DNA of 64,000 bases, taken from contig JAWMAR010000391.1 of assembly GCA_036785375.1 (NCBI GenBank), positions 558,001 through 622,000 of the forward strand, given 5' to 3'. The notes under the pieces were generated by a model. It made no database searches. It had not been told where the DNA came from and saw nothing but the letters and a program-made list of their open reading frames with translations. Position numbers and translations under genes: made by a program. How positions within the stretch are numbered: position 1 is the stretch's first letter; each line of letters begins with the position of its first letter. This DNA comes from Leucoraja ocellata (taxonomy: Eukaryota). Below, in pieces: positions 1 to 11,674 of the stretch.

Positions 1-300
1 ATGGTTCCTTGTCTGCGCTCGGTCTCACCAATGTAAAGGGAGCCACAATGGAAGCACCAAATGGAATAGAAGAGGTTAGAGGAGGTACACATGAACCCTA
101 TCTCACTTGTTAGGGCTGCTGGGATCTCTGGATGGAAGTGAGAGAGGAGGTATTACATCTGAAGAGATTGCAGAGGAAACTGCTCAACGAGGAGGCAGGT
201 TGAGACAGATAAGCAAATCAACATATTGCAGAGACAGCGATCTCTATAGAAAGCAGAAAGGGGATGGATGGGTAGATGTAAATGGCATTGGTTCCATGGT
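1..300 (-). mobile_element. Degenerate Penelope-like element ORF (linker Zn-finger plus GIY-YIG endonuclease)
   Basis: Minus-strand translation pieces PSLSAFYRDRCLCNML, SFLCNLFRCNT, FMCTSSNLFYSIWCFHCGSLYIGETERR match the PLE GIY-YIG pattern. Confidence 0.85.
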
Positions 301-929
301 TTCTTTCCAATTGTATGTTGTGCTAACGTTGTTTTTTGTCATGTCTACCTTCAATTTAAATCAGCATCTGCAGTTCTTTCCTACACATTAGTTCAAGTGA
401 ACCATGGTGCGCAGTAGGTGAAATAAGTTAAGTGCAGTAAAAGGCAAGTTAATATTCAAAATAAACAGCAGACACTAAGGTTTCCACTGAATACTGAACA
501 TGTAAGAACTCAATCACCAAAACAGTGGCAAAAGAACTCAGGATGGCAAATTCACTAAAAACATAATTAAATTCACATCTTCGGTTGGGTAAGCTTACAG
601 ATTGCGGAACTAAAAACCTAACGTTTTACCAATTTTCTAAACATTTCCCTGGGTACCAAAGAACAGATATTGATTTTAAAAGCCGGTGCACAAAAAAAAA
701 CATTTTAAAATTCACTATATTCACTGGCAAATTATATACATGGGTAAACATTAGTTTTAACCCAGACATATATGCAGAACAGTAATTATAGCTCTAAACA
801 CTCACCTAACCTCCTTGTAACGAATGGCAGGATTTTCTAGGGTATTCTACACAAGGTAACTTACATTCATGGTTAGTTCCAGGTAATTCACTTTAATTGC
901 GGTGCAGAAGGCTATAAGCAGTATCACTG

Positions 930-1305
930 GTATTCCGCAGAGCATAAGAAATTGAGGTGTGATCTTATAGACTGAGGTATACAAAATCACAAGGGCCATA
1001 TGCACAGTCTTTTTCCCCAGGGTTGGGAAAACAAGAACTTGAGGATGTAAGAGGTGAAAGAAGAAAGATTGAACAGGAACCAGAGAAGGAGCTTCTTCAT
1101 ACAGAAGGTTAATGGGTATATATTAATGAGCTGTCTCATGTAGTTGAGGCAGTACAATAACAACATTTAAAAAAAATACATTTGAACAGGTCCATGGATA
1201 GGAAAGGTTTAAGGGATTTGGGCCAAGTGGGACTAGTTTGGATTTGGGCATCTTGGTTGGCATGGATGAGTTGGGCAGGATGGCCTGTTTCCATGCTCTA
1301 TGACT
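930..1305 (+). mobile_element. CR1-clade LINE 3' fragment
   Basis: gatcttatagaggtatacaaaatc-like start, ggcctgtttccatgctctatgact 3' tail; homologous to 28820-29185. Confidence 0.75.
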
Positions 1306-1306
1306 T

Positions 1307-1440
1307 CAGTCTGAAGAAGGGTCCCAACCCAAAACATTACCTATCCATGTTCTCCAGAGTTGCTGACTGACCCACTGAGTTGCTCTAGCACTTTGTGCCT
1401 TTTCTTGTAAACCAGCATCTGTAGTTACTTATTTCTACAC
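1307..1440 (+). mobile_element. Penelope-derived short repeat, degenerate hammerhead (GAAA mutated to AAAA)
   Basis: cagtctgaagaagggtcccaacccaaaac... homologous to the 23443 copy. Confidence 0.75.
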
Positions 1441-3940
1441 TCTAATGCTATATGGAGGTTGAAACACCATCTTTAAATTTTAGTTTGTTTGTGGGGCATT
1501 TCACGCTATGCATCCCACAAAAATTCAAACAGAAAATCTTCAAACAAAACCATACCAACTCTTCATAAATGGAGATATATTTGGAAATCAATCTGCCCTG
1601 ACACCAGAAAATAAAACAAAACAGGAGAAAAAAAGTATATCCAACCTTGAAGTTTGCCAACTCAGTATTTTTTTAGCCTTTTATGTTTTAGACCAAAATT
1701 TAGAAATACAAAATAGAAAATTGACATTCTGCCAGATATGCGTTTCTCAGCGATCTTAAACCCTTTGATGTTTACTGCTATAGAATAAATTGTTGCCAAA
1801 TGTGGGAATGAGACTGGAAACAGTTCAGATGAAATCAAGTTTTTACAGCAATGAATCCAACACGTTAAAAAGGTGAGACTTCATAACTTTGAGAAAAGAG
1901 AAAGTCATAGTAATGAAAAATATTTTCATAATTTCTCTTCAATGAGGTTCAACTACAGTGACCTTCTAAAAGAACCAAAAGAAAATCTGCAAACAATAAT
2001 ATCAGCCGTGAGAATAAAACGCAGGCAGACTGCAAATGGCTGTCCACTTTCATGCTGAAAGTGAGTCACACACAACGAAGGGTCGGGGGGGGGGTAAAAA
2101 AAACCCACCAGCATACATGGGAGGAGGGGAACCAGTTGGTATGCAGGTCCCCTCTCTGCAAAGCAAAGTTATAAAAGGGTCTGGCAAAGCTCTCCAGGAA
2201 CAGATATCACTGGCAACAGAGAGAGATGACGAAAAAGAAAAAGGTCAAGGAGCAAATAGTCTAGTGTCTGCCATATGTTACGACCAACTTTATCCTCTGT
2301 TGCTGGAAGCAAATATTCTGAGTTTTTGCTCTAAACTTGCTGAAAACAGCCAATTTTATTTTAAATGGGTATCTATTTTTGTTTTACTGGACAACAGCAA
2401 TGAAAATCTGATATTTGAACATTTTCAAGCTGTACAGCTTTGTTTTGACTTTTCTTAAATATGTCAATGGTTCCCACATTTTGAAGACAAGATGGTTTTG
2501 ATTAATTGGTTCCATCTAGGGACAAATCTATAAATTGTTTGCCTCAGTAAATTACTCCGACTACAGCTGTGCCCAAATCCCTTTCATTAAAAAGCTCAGT
2601 TGCTCAACCACAAATTAAACATTACATTCCATCAGCTCTCGACTCTGCTCGTGTCCTCTTGGCTGCTGCAATCCTTCAAAGTGATTCCCTTAGCTTCTGC
2701 AACGCAGATCATCTTGCCTGCTTTATCTGTGTGCTCCAAAACATTTTACAGAAAACTAATGTGGAAGTTGTTACACATCTGGAAAAAATGTGAGCATAAA
2801 CTCTCTATGGAGTTTATGCTCACATCTATGGAGAATCTGGTTTCTCCATATTGACTACATTTCACATGACGTTAACACCAACTCTTGAGCATGGGAGAGA
2901 AGGCAGTCATTTCGTTAACAAAAAACAAGCTACAGGTGCAGTTTATCACCAGCATTCTATTCATCAGGATGAGCTGCTACAACAAGCACATCTTTTTCCA
3001 CACAAACTACTTAAAATAACATGATTTTCTTTTTTAATATAAGGTTTAATTGGAACCACGGCCATAAATGAATGTTTGAAATGCATCAGCACTTAAACCA
3101 CATTGCAAAGTAGATCCTTCTGATTAATCAGTTTTGGGCATGCAACAGGATCCACTCATAGTAGAATAAACAGATTCACAAGACTGCACTTTATACTTCA
3201 ATCGCTAAAATCATTAATGACATCTGCAAGTGGCTTCAAAAGGCAGTATCCTTATGCATTTAATACTGGCATCAGCAGAGAAGGAACAAAAAAGAGAATG
3301 TAAATGAAAATACCAGTTAATACATCATTTTAATATCACATTTGGCTCACAGAGTCATTAGAATTACATCTGGCACTGGTATCTAATGTTACTGGACGGC
3401 AGTTATTGAGATAGTAGTCGTGCTCAAAAATATTAAAAACTGCAAGGATATCTCATGAACGTATCAGAAATACATTAACTCTATACTTCCAGGTGTCGAT
3501 AAACCACTTAAAAAAACTTGTTTCAGAGGAAGATTACAAGATCACAACGTTGAAACCAACAAATAAAATGTACCAATTCATCGTTGCTTCAGTAAACTGA
3601 TAAAATTGTAGATAAGCTTGTTTTCAAATGGCAAGAGTCTTAACTGAGCAGTACCTGTTAAAACAGCTCCAGATTCTGAATATATTCAGTCATCCAGGAA
3701 AAGCCAATTAGCTAACTTCCGCCCTGTCTATTCATAATCATCAACAAAATGAAAGGTTGGTGTGAACAGTGCAATCAAACAGCACTTACTTGCCATAACC
3801 TACTCACCAGTGCCCAGTTTGAGTTTGGGGGTCCAAAGTTTTTCAATAGCCTTGGTATATTATTCACCAGAGCCGAGTTTAGATTGACTAACCATGACAT
3901 CAAGGTAGCATCAAAAATACTGTCGTATAGCTCAAACCAA

Positions 3941-4010
3941 TACCCGCTGAGTTTCTCCAGCATTTTTGTCTACCTTCGATTTTCCAGCATCTGCAGTTCC
4001 TTCTTAAAAA
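3941..4010 (+). mobile_element. 3' fragment of the Penelope-derived repeat family
   Basis: cccgctgagtttctccagcatttttgtctaccttcgattttccagcatctgcagttccttc. Confidence 0.75.
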
Positions 4011-4192
4011 CTCTGGAGAGTTCAGGAGCATACTGAGCACCAACACAGACTGACACTGGTGAATGCTGGGACCATCAACTCAGAACCTGGACATAACTGC
4101 ACTAGTTATTTTTGGGCAGTGTCCTCAAGCAAGGCCATCTTCAATTGAATCGGTGACCTTCCTACCATCACATGGTCAGCAACACTCTCATA

Positions 4193-4422
4193 GAATCATA
4201 GGAAATAGGTGCAGGAGTACGCCATTCGGCCCTTCGACCCAGCACTGCCATTCAATATGATCATGGTTGATCATCCAAAATCAGGACGCCGTTCCTGCTT
4301 TCTCCCCATATCCCTTGATTCCGTTAGCCATAAGAGCTATACATATATATATATATATATAGCTCTCTTGGAAACATCCATTGAATTGGCCTCCACTGCC
4401 TTCTGTGGCAGAGAATTCCACA
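4193..4422 (-). mobile_element. CR1 LINE 3' end fragment with internal (AT)n
   Basis: Reverse complement of the 31040-31235 CR1 3' end. Confidence 0.75.
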
Positions 4423-5300
4423 ACACTCTGGGTCTCGATAGCACCAAGTTCCTACAAGACAGACTCTTGCAGTCCAACTGATCTTAACTGATTTTCCACA
4501 TCTTAACTGTGCATTATGCTGTTTGATGCTGTAACAACTGTGCGAGCACTATACCTGCACAAACATTGAACAGCTTGATTTAGCAAATTATTAAAATTCC
4601 AAAATCAACACCATTCAAATTTAATCTGTCAATTTACTTCAATATTTGTAACAAAGTAAACAATACTGAACAAGTAACCGGCAGATAAATTGTTTGAAGC
4701 TGAAAACTAACCGTTTTTAAAACCATATTTCTCCCCAATTGGGAAGCAACTGATATAAAATATTACATAAGAACATTTACCACAAGGGTAGAGGTTTGAT
4801 GAATTGGGGAGTAAAACAGATGTGGCTTAATGCAAGTTTGAAAGCACTAACTCAACAGGAACATATATTACATTTTCTACAGCAGCATTGCAGCCAAAGA
4901 TTACCATCTTCGATTCAGAAGCAGATTTAAAAAAAAAAAAATGAAATCAATCATGACACATTGGAATTTCAATGTAAGATGACATCATGAACTTCACCTA
5001 CAGCAGAAACATCTTCATGCACAACAGTGTATCAAACTTTGTAGTTATAATTTTGGATGAGGTTAGTCATAATCATTTACTGAATTAAATCTTAACATTT
5101 AATAACTTAACCTATACAAAGAATCTTTACAAAGCAACTGATTTTTCCAACATTTGGAAAGTTGGTGGGTATACCTCGTTCACATGTCATATTTTTGTTT
5201 TAGGTTTAAATCAAGCATAAAAGTTGTGAGAATAATTTCTCACCTATTAACTGTACTTTTCAACCACATTAAAATGAAACTTGTGATAATACAAAATTAC

Positions 5301-5507
5301 CATTGATGCTTGCCGACTGGATGTTACCAGTGCAGATGCTCCAAAGTTTGAATTCAGTCCACCAATTGGCCCATTTTGGGATGGTCCCAGTAAACTATGC
5401 ATGTCGCCATGGCCACCAGACATGCTGGTTGAAGGCCCAACAGCGTGGTTTCTGAGAACGTGGATGGCATCATCCAGTCTGTCTAGACGATCCTCCATTC
5501 GGGTTTG
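5301..5507 (-). CDS. TCF12: TCF12 exon 16 equivalent, 207 bp, [69 protein letters not shown]
   Basis: ttcttgacag|CAA ... ATG|gtaatt; AD2 loop-helix motif [15 protein letters not shown]; phase 0 to 0. Confidence 0.97.
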
Positions 5508-5938
5508 CTGTCAAGAAAAAAATATGCTGAATAAAGACATTTGCAAAGGCAACAATTCTGCTGAGGTAAACTCACAGCTGACTGCTTAATATAATAGGTC
5601 ATGAATAAGAAATGAAAGGGCTAAACAAATGGTTTCAACAGCAGCCACAGGCATTTGGAATATGTTTCAAATTATAAGTAGGATATCTGAGGAAAGGAAA
5701 TTTTCAAAAAACTGCACATTAAAGGGGACCATTTATTTTGTGGAGGCAATTTGACCAGTTCTAATTTTCTCAACAAAAGAAAGAAATATTAAGATGGTAT
5801 TTCTGCTCTTTGACATGCTCCTTTTTTGGATAACCATCTATAAATAAATCAAAATTATTAAAACAGAAAACGTGGATCTAAGCCAGAAGGGAAAAAAAAA
5901 ATGTTTGGCACATTGTTGTAATTCATGCAGATGGTCTA

Positions 5939-6097
<159 letters not shown>

Positions 6098-6480
6098 TTA
6101 ATAGGAACACCACAAAAGTGAAGCAAATCCAAAAGCTCCAGTAAATTAATACTGAGGTTATAACTATTGAACAGAGGAGAAATTTAGTTGGCAATTATTA
6201 TCTCTCTGGTTGTGCTCAATTGAAAAATGACTTTCATCCCCTATTTTTGTAATAAATAACTCAAAAAGCATATACTAGAAGCAAAGAGTAGGATGGGCGG
6301 CAGGCAGCTTCAAATTTACTTTTAATTAATAATTACTTTGGATCTTATTCGTTCTTTGCTCAAATATGGCTATCTCACAACCACTGCATGAAGAGTAATA
6401 TCCAAATATTCTGGCCAGCTTGAAGTAGTCTTGCGATAAAATGTTCACTGACCTTCCTCAACTGTTGTTTAACAGAGTAA

Positions 6481-6694
6481 TGCCCCTGTCCCACTTAGGA
6501 AACCTCTGGAGACTTTGCGCCCCACCCAAGGTTTCCGTGCGGTTCCCGGAGGTTGCAGGTGGTTGCCGGAGGTTGCAGGTAGTGGAAGCGGGTAGGGAGA
6601 CTGACAAAAACCTCCGGGAACCACACAGAAACCTTGGGTGGGGTGCAAAGTCTCCAGAGGTTTCCGTTCAGGTTTCCTAAGTGGGACAGGGGCA
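6481..6694. mobile_element. MITE, probably PIF/Harbinger-derived (214 bp, long inverted arms)
   Basis: TGCCCCTGTCCCACTTAGGAAACC terminal inverted repeats, about 70-bp arms, flanked by TAA/TTA. Confidence 0.8.
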
Positions 6695-6799
6695 TTAGCA
6701 ACTAAAATTCATTCTCCAGAAAGCCAAATGTATTAAAAACCCAGACGATTAGTGCTCAACTGGGTTTGCAGCAGCATCTGCCACTCCAGGACATCCGAC

Positions 6800-7298
6800 T
6801 GCTAAAAGCGGTGAACTCAGCCCCATCCACCGCGAGCATTACTAACCCCCCCCCCATTGAAAACATCCATGAGGCTTTGCCTCAAGAAGGTGGCAACTAA
6901 CATCAAGGATGTCCACCATCTGGGCCATGCACCATTCTTGCTGCTACGATCGGGCAGGAGGTACAGAGGATTGAAGTCCCACACCATCAGATTCAATATC
7001 ATCTACTTTCCTACAACTGTACTTTCCTATATCTATTCCTGCCTCAAGAACTGAGCACTACAATCCAGTTCATGCACTTATATACTTATTTTTGTCAAGA
7101 GTGTTTTGCACAAATGTCTTGCTTTTATGCACATTTGTCTTTCTTTCTAAAATTTTACATGAAATTTAAATTAAAATTGTGCTTTTGTGTTTGTCTGAGT
7201 CTATGTACTTGCGATGTTATCACAAGCAAGCAAGATTTGTATTGTAATTGAACCTCACCATACTTGTGCATGTGACAATAAACGCGGCTTGACTTGAT
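6800..7298 (+). mobile_element. Rex1/Babar-type LINE 3' fragment
   Basis: ORF piece CLKKVATNIKDVHHLGHAPFLLLRSGRRYRGLKSHTIRF (Rex1 C-terminus); tgacaataaa tail. Confidence 0.75.
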
Positions 7299-8214
7299 CA
7301 ATAAGCTTGTAATAACCCCTAGAGTACTCATGAATTTTATATCAGAGAGAAAGTAAGCTTCTTAAAATTGCCAAAGTAGTACTAATTATACCACCAAATA
7401 TCAACTTTGGTAGCTAAATTGCTACACAAAGTAAAGTTACAGTTCAATAGTTGCCTACGGCGATCCTCCAGTGTTGCCATTTATACATTTATGATCCCAC
7501 TAGCTCCTTGTCTTCCCTAAAAGGTTATATTACAGTAAAATTGGGAAATATCCTACTACTTTGAAATTAAGAAACCATAGGTAGAGAGAAAAAAACATCA
7601 AATTTCCAGCTCCACTGCCATTAAAACCAATAAGAGCTTAGTAAACACTTTAATGGCAATGCCTTTTTTAAGTATAGAAAAAATATGAATATCTGAATAA
7701 ATTAAGTCATTCACCCATCATTCACCCCTCTAGTTTAATTCACCCCCAAAAAATGTCATTCGCCCTTGGGTGAACCATTCACCAGTTAAAGAAGCACTGG
7801 TCTAGGTGTGCACTGGTACAATATACCAATGTTCAATCTAATTCACCACTAGTGCAATTCAAAATGCACCTTTTCAACCAGGCTTCTGGTTCGATGCCTC
7901 GCATCTCTCTCAACTCAAAATGTATTCCCTCACCCCAGGCTACAAATGATTGCCTTTGAAAACATGTGTTAAGTATGCTCTATCAACACCAACTTCAAGG
8001 TGTTATACATGCCAGAAGTTAAAAAAAACATGCTGAAATTTCAATTAGAGTCAACGGTCCTTAATTATCCAACTATTGAACATAATGAGTTTTAGCTGGA
8101 TTTTATACTGCCAGATCATATAGGTTAACATTTGAAAAACATGAAGCAGCTCATGAATGCACTTAACATCACTTCAGGTTGTTAGTATGGGCAGATGGAT
8201 ACGTACAAATGAGA

Positions 8215-8903
8215 ATCCGACTGTCAAGTTGCCGACAGTCGCCTGGAAAAACCAGCAACTGGAACGGCGACTGTCAGAGTGGAACACACACAAACACATC
8301 GCTTCTTTCACCAGCCTGTTATGCAGGCGGGGAACAGGGCAAGCAGGGGAGCGCTGTCTAAATAATTCTCACGGTGAAAAGCCAAGGTGATACAGACACA
8401 CACCGCGATGAACAGGAAGATTGGCACTGTAATTAAGACAGCAAAACCACAGTGTACCGTAAGTCCTTAAAAAGAGTGGGGGAGAGGGGAGAAGGAATGG
8501 AAACAACTTTTAAGAAGCCAGAGATAAACTGTGAAGTTCGGGAGACATTTAACATTACCGGTTGGTTCCTTGGCTCTGAAAACTACTGCTTAACTTTTTT
8601 TCTCCCCAATGTGCCAATGAATTTTTCCGGTCAGCACCGGCTCCTACCTGCGATAATCTCCGAGAACTTTCGACCTCCTGGCACGTGAATCCTCGCTACT
8701 CTTCATGGCGGCTTAATTCTAGTCACCATTAATTTTTCAACATGTTGAAAAATTTGCCGCTACCATAATGAGCCTGCGACCAGTTCCCAGAATGCGGGAA
8801 CGCTTCGCGACCATGAAGGTGACTCCCCGGCAACTACCCGCGAACATGTGGGGCTTCGGAGGCTTCGGCCGCAGGCCCTGTGGACGGTAAAATCGGGAGC
8901 TCC
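8215..8903. repeat. GC-rich interspersed repeat fragments (unclassified)
   Basis: CpG-rich block in an AT-rich intron; 8851-8903 resembles 52162-52212. Confidence 0.45.
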
Positions 8904-9410
8904 CACTTTACTATCATCTGCAAACTTGCTAGCCATGCCTTCTACCCTCTCATTCAAATCATTGATATAAACCACAAACTGTAATGGGCCCAGCACTGAT
9001 CTTTGTGGCACAGCACCAATCACAGACCTTCATTCCGAAAAACAACCTTCCAACATCACCCTACATGAAGCCAATTCTATATCTAGTTAGCTAGCTCTTC
9101 CTGGATCCCATGCGATCCAACCTTCCATAGCAGCCTACCATGCGGAACCTTATTAAATGCATTGCTGAAATGCACATAGACAACATCTACAAATTTGCCC
9201 TCATCAACCTTTTTGATTACTTCTTCAAAAATCTCAATCAGATCTGAGACACACGATCTCCCACATACAACTCAGTTTGACTATCCCTAATCATCCTGTC
9301 TATCCAAATGCAATATATTTTAATATTTAGTCTATATTCCCCAGGCTTTTCCTTGCAGCCCTTTTAAAATAGAGGCACAACATTAGCCACCTTAAAACTC
9401 TTCCGGCACT
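8904..9410 (-). mobile_element. CR1 LINE RT-domain fragment
   Basis: VPQRSVLGPLQFVVYINDL...KFADDSK RT motifs. Confidence 0.85.
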
Positions 9411-9751
9411 TCCTTCTTCTCGGAGAAAGCTCAAACCATAATTGGTTCGTCAGGGCTGACATGTTTTAATCTCAACTTTGTTCAATTTTTTTTATTTTTT
9501 TTTTAAAAGGGGTTTAAAGACCAATTTCTTGTGATGGATAAGTAAACAAGCCCAAAGTTATGTAGATATTAGATTTCAGAATTCCCTTCCTGAGAATTGA
9601 TGAAGAATACAAACAATATAGCTACTACAGCCTCTTTATACCCCTCAAGCAAGATCCCAGCAAAAAAAATGCATTTATCAGTTCAAGAACATCCGAATTA
9701 CAATCACAGTACAACATTGCCAAACATTTTAGAATATCTGGTCTGCCTCAC

Positions 9752-9822
9752 CAGTGAATGAAGAGAGTTTTCATAACTCGGAGATGATGGAGTTCCTCCT
9801 GGTCTTGACCACTGATTAGCAC
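9752..9822 (-). CDS. TCF12: TCF12 exon 14 equivalent, 71 bp, (G)[23 protein letters not shown]
   Basis: ttacacag|GT ... CTG|gtgagg; phase 1 to 0. Confidence 0.95.
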
Positions 9823-10090
9823 CTGTGTAAATTAAGACCCAAAGTAAGCCATAAACTTAATATGCAGTTGAGCAAATCAGATACAACAAATAAAAGTTTT
9901 TAGCATCCTTACCTAGTTTGGCCTACACAGGCCAATGTGGTTTACTCTAAAATGGCCTCGGAACTGGAGTCTCAAACAACTTGCAATAGGAACAATATTT
10001 CGAAACTGAGAAAGAATAAAAACACCTAGACAACTACCCATCAATGCACGCACCAAACTGTAAAGTTACACCAGCCCAGTTGAACTTGAA

Positions 10091-10188
10091 CAGTCTGAAG
10101 AAGGGTTTCGGCCCGAAACGTTGCCTATTTCCTTCGCTCCATAGATGCTGCCGCACCCGCTGAGTTTCTCCAGCACATTTGTCTACCT
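10091..10188 (+). mobile_element. Penelope-derived short element with intact minimal hammerhead core
   Basis: AGT-CTGAAGA-A-GGGTTTCGGCCC-GAAA-CG-TT-GC; ttgaactt repeated on both sides. Confidence 0.8.
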
Positions 10189-11554
10189 TGAACTTACAAA
10201 GTCCTCTTTGTAAATATCTGCAGTCCACTGACTACATTGGTAGAGCTTTAGCACAAACTAATCAAGCAAAAGACAGATATGGCTGTACTCACAAAATCAT
10301 ACCACTCAATGTCTATTACAATTCCTAGGTTTGTCCTGTCCCATCAGCAGGACAGGCCCACAGTAAAAAACAAGCAGGATGCAGAAGCTCTGGAAATGCT
10401 CAGCATTGATTAGACCCCCATAAAGCTCCATGGATTCAGGTCAAATATGAACAAGGAAATCACCTCCCTCAGTTGATGAATCAGTGTTCTCCACATGGAA
10501 GAACATTTAAAATAAATAACAGAATATCAATGTCACAGGTTGTACCCTGGGTGGGGGACTTCAAGAACGACTTGGTTGCACCTCCACTAACAATCAACCA
10601 AAGACTGAAAAATGGAGCTGCCAGACCAGCTCGGTGGCAGTTGGTGAGTGAACCAATGGAAGGATGCTTCTTGCCCATCTACCTGTGAGACGCATCTGTC
10701 CAAGGAATGGGTCTGCACAGCCTTGGTGGAGACAAAGACCCAGCTTAACTGCATGGACACACTCTATCGTGTTGTGTGAACACTGTAATCATGTTAAATA
10801 CAGACTCAAAACAGATTTGCCCATTCACAACTGAGTATCTTTGTTGTAATATGTACCTGAGCAGCATCAGAAATACTCATCACCACAACTGAATTGCCCA
10901 CAATATCACTCACTCTCCCACTCCCACCAAGCCTGGGGCTGCCATTGATTCAAAGAGAAATGCAGAAAGTTAAAAATAATGAACAAACCTAAAGAAGTCG
11001 ACAATGTGAAGCTGCAACACGGGACAGCTAAACAAAGAGTATGAAATAAGAGGTAAGCAACCAACAGATCAGATATGCAATTGTCACATATACACGCAGT
11101 CCTACATGAATTGTGATGGAGAATTAAACAGAAATGGTGGCTTCAAGAAAATTCCAATCCCCAATGACAGCAGGGCCTACCTAATGATTGCTAAAAAGAC
11201 TGATTGCATTCTCACCAATGCAGAAATGGGTGATTTATTTCAAGTTCTGCCAGAGGTCCTTATCATCACAGAAGCCAGCCTATTCAATTGGACATAGCAA
11301 AAGTAATGGAACCACATGGATTCCTGTTGAGCAAGGGGTGAGAGGATACAACAGATAGATGGGAATGCAGAGCGGTTCATGATCAGATCAAAGTCCTGTT
11401 GAATGATGCAGGCTCAAAGGGCTGAGAGGTTAACTCCTTTTGATTAATTTGATGTTCAATAGGTAAATTCATTAATTTTGTAAACCATAAACACACATAG
11501 AACTAATTAAGCCTTCAGCTCCAATGACTATCTTAAAAATTACAAAAATAGTCA

Positions 11555-11674
<120 letters not shown>

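Noticed and set aside
1-5300. TCF12 exon 17 and the bHLH exons
   Set aside because: No matching sequence seen; presumably beyond the left edge of the window
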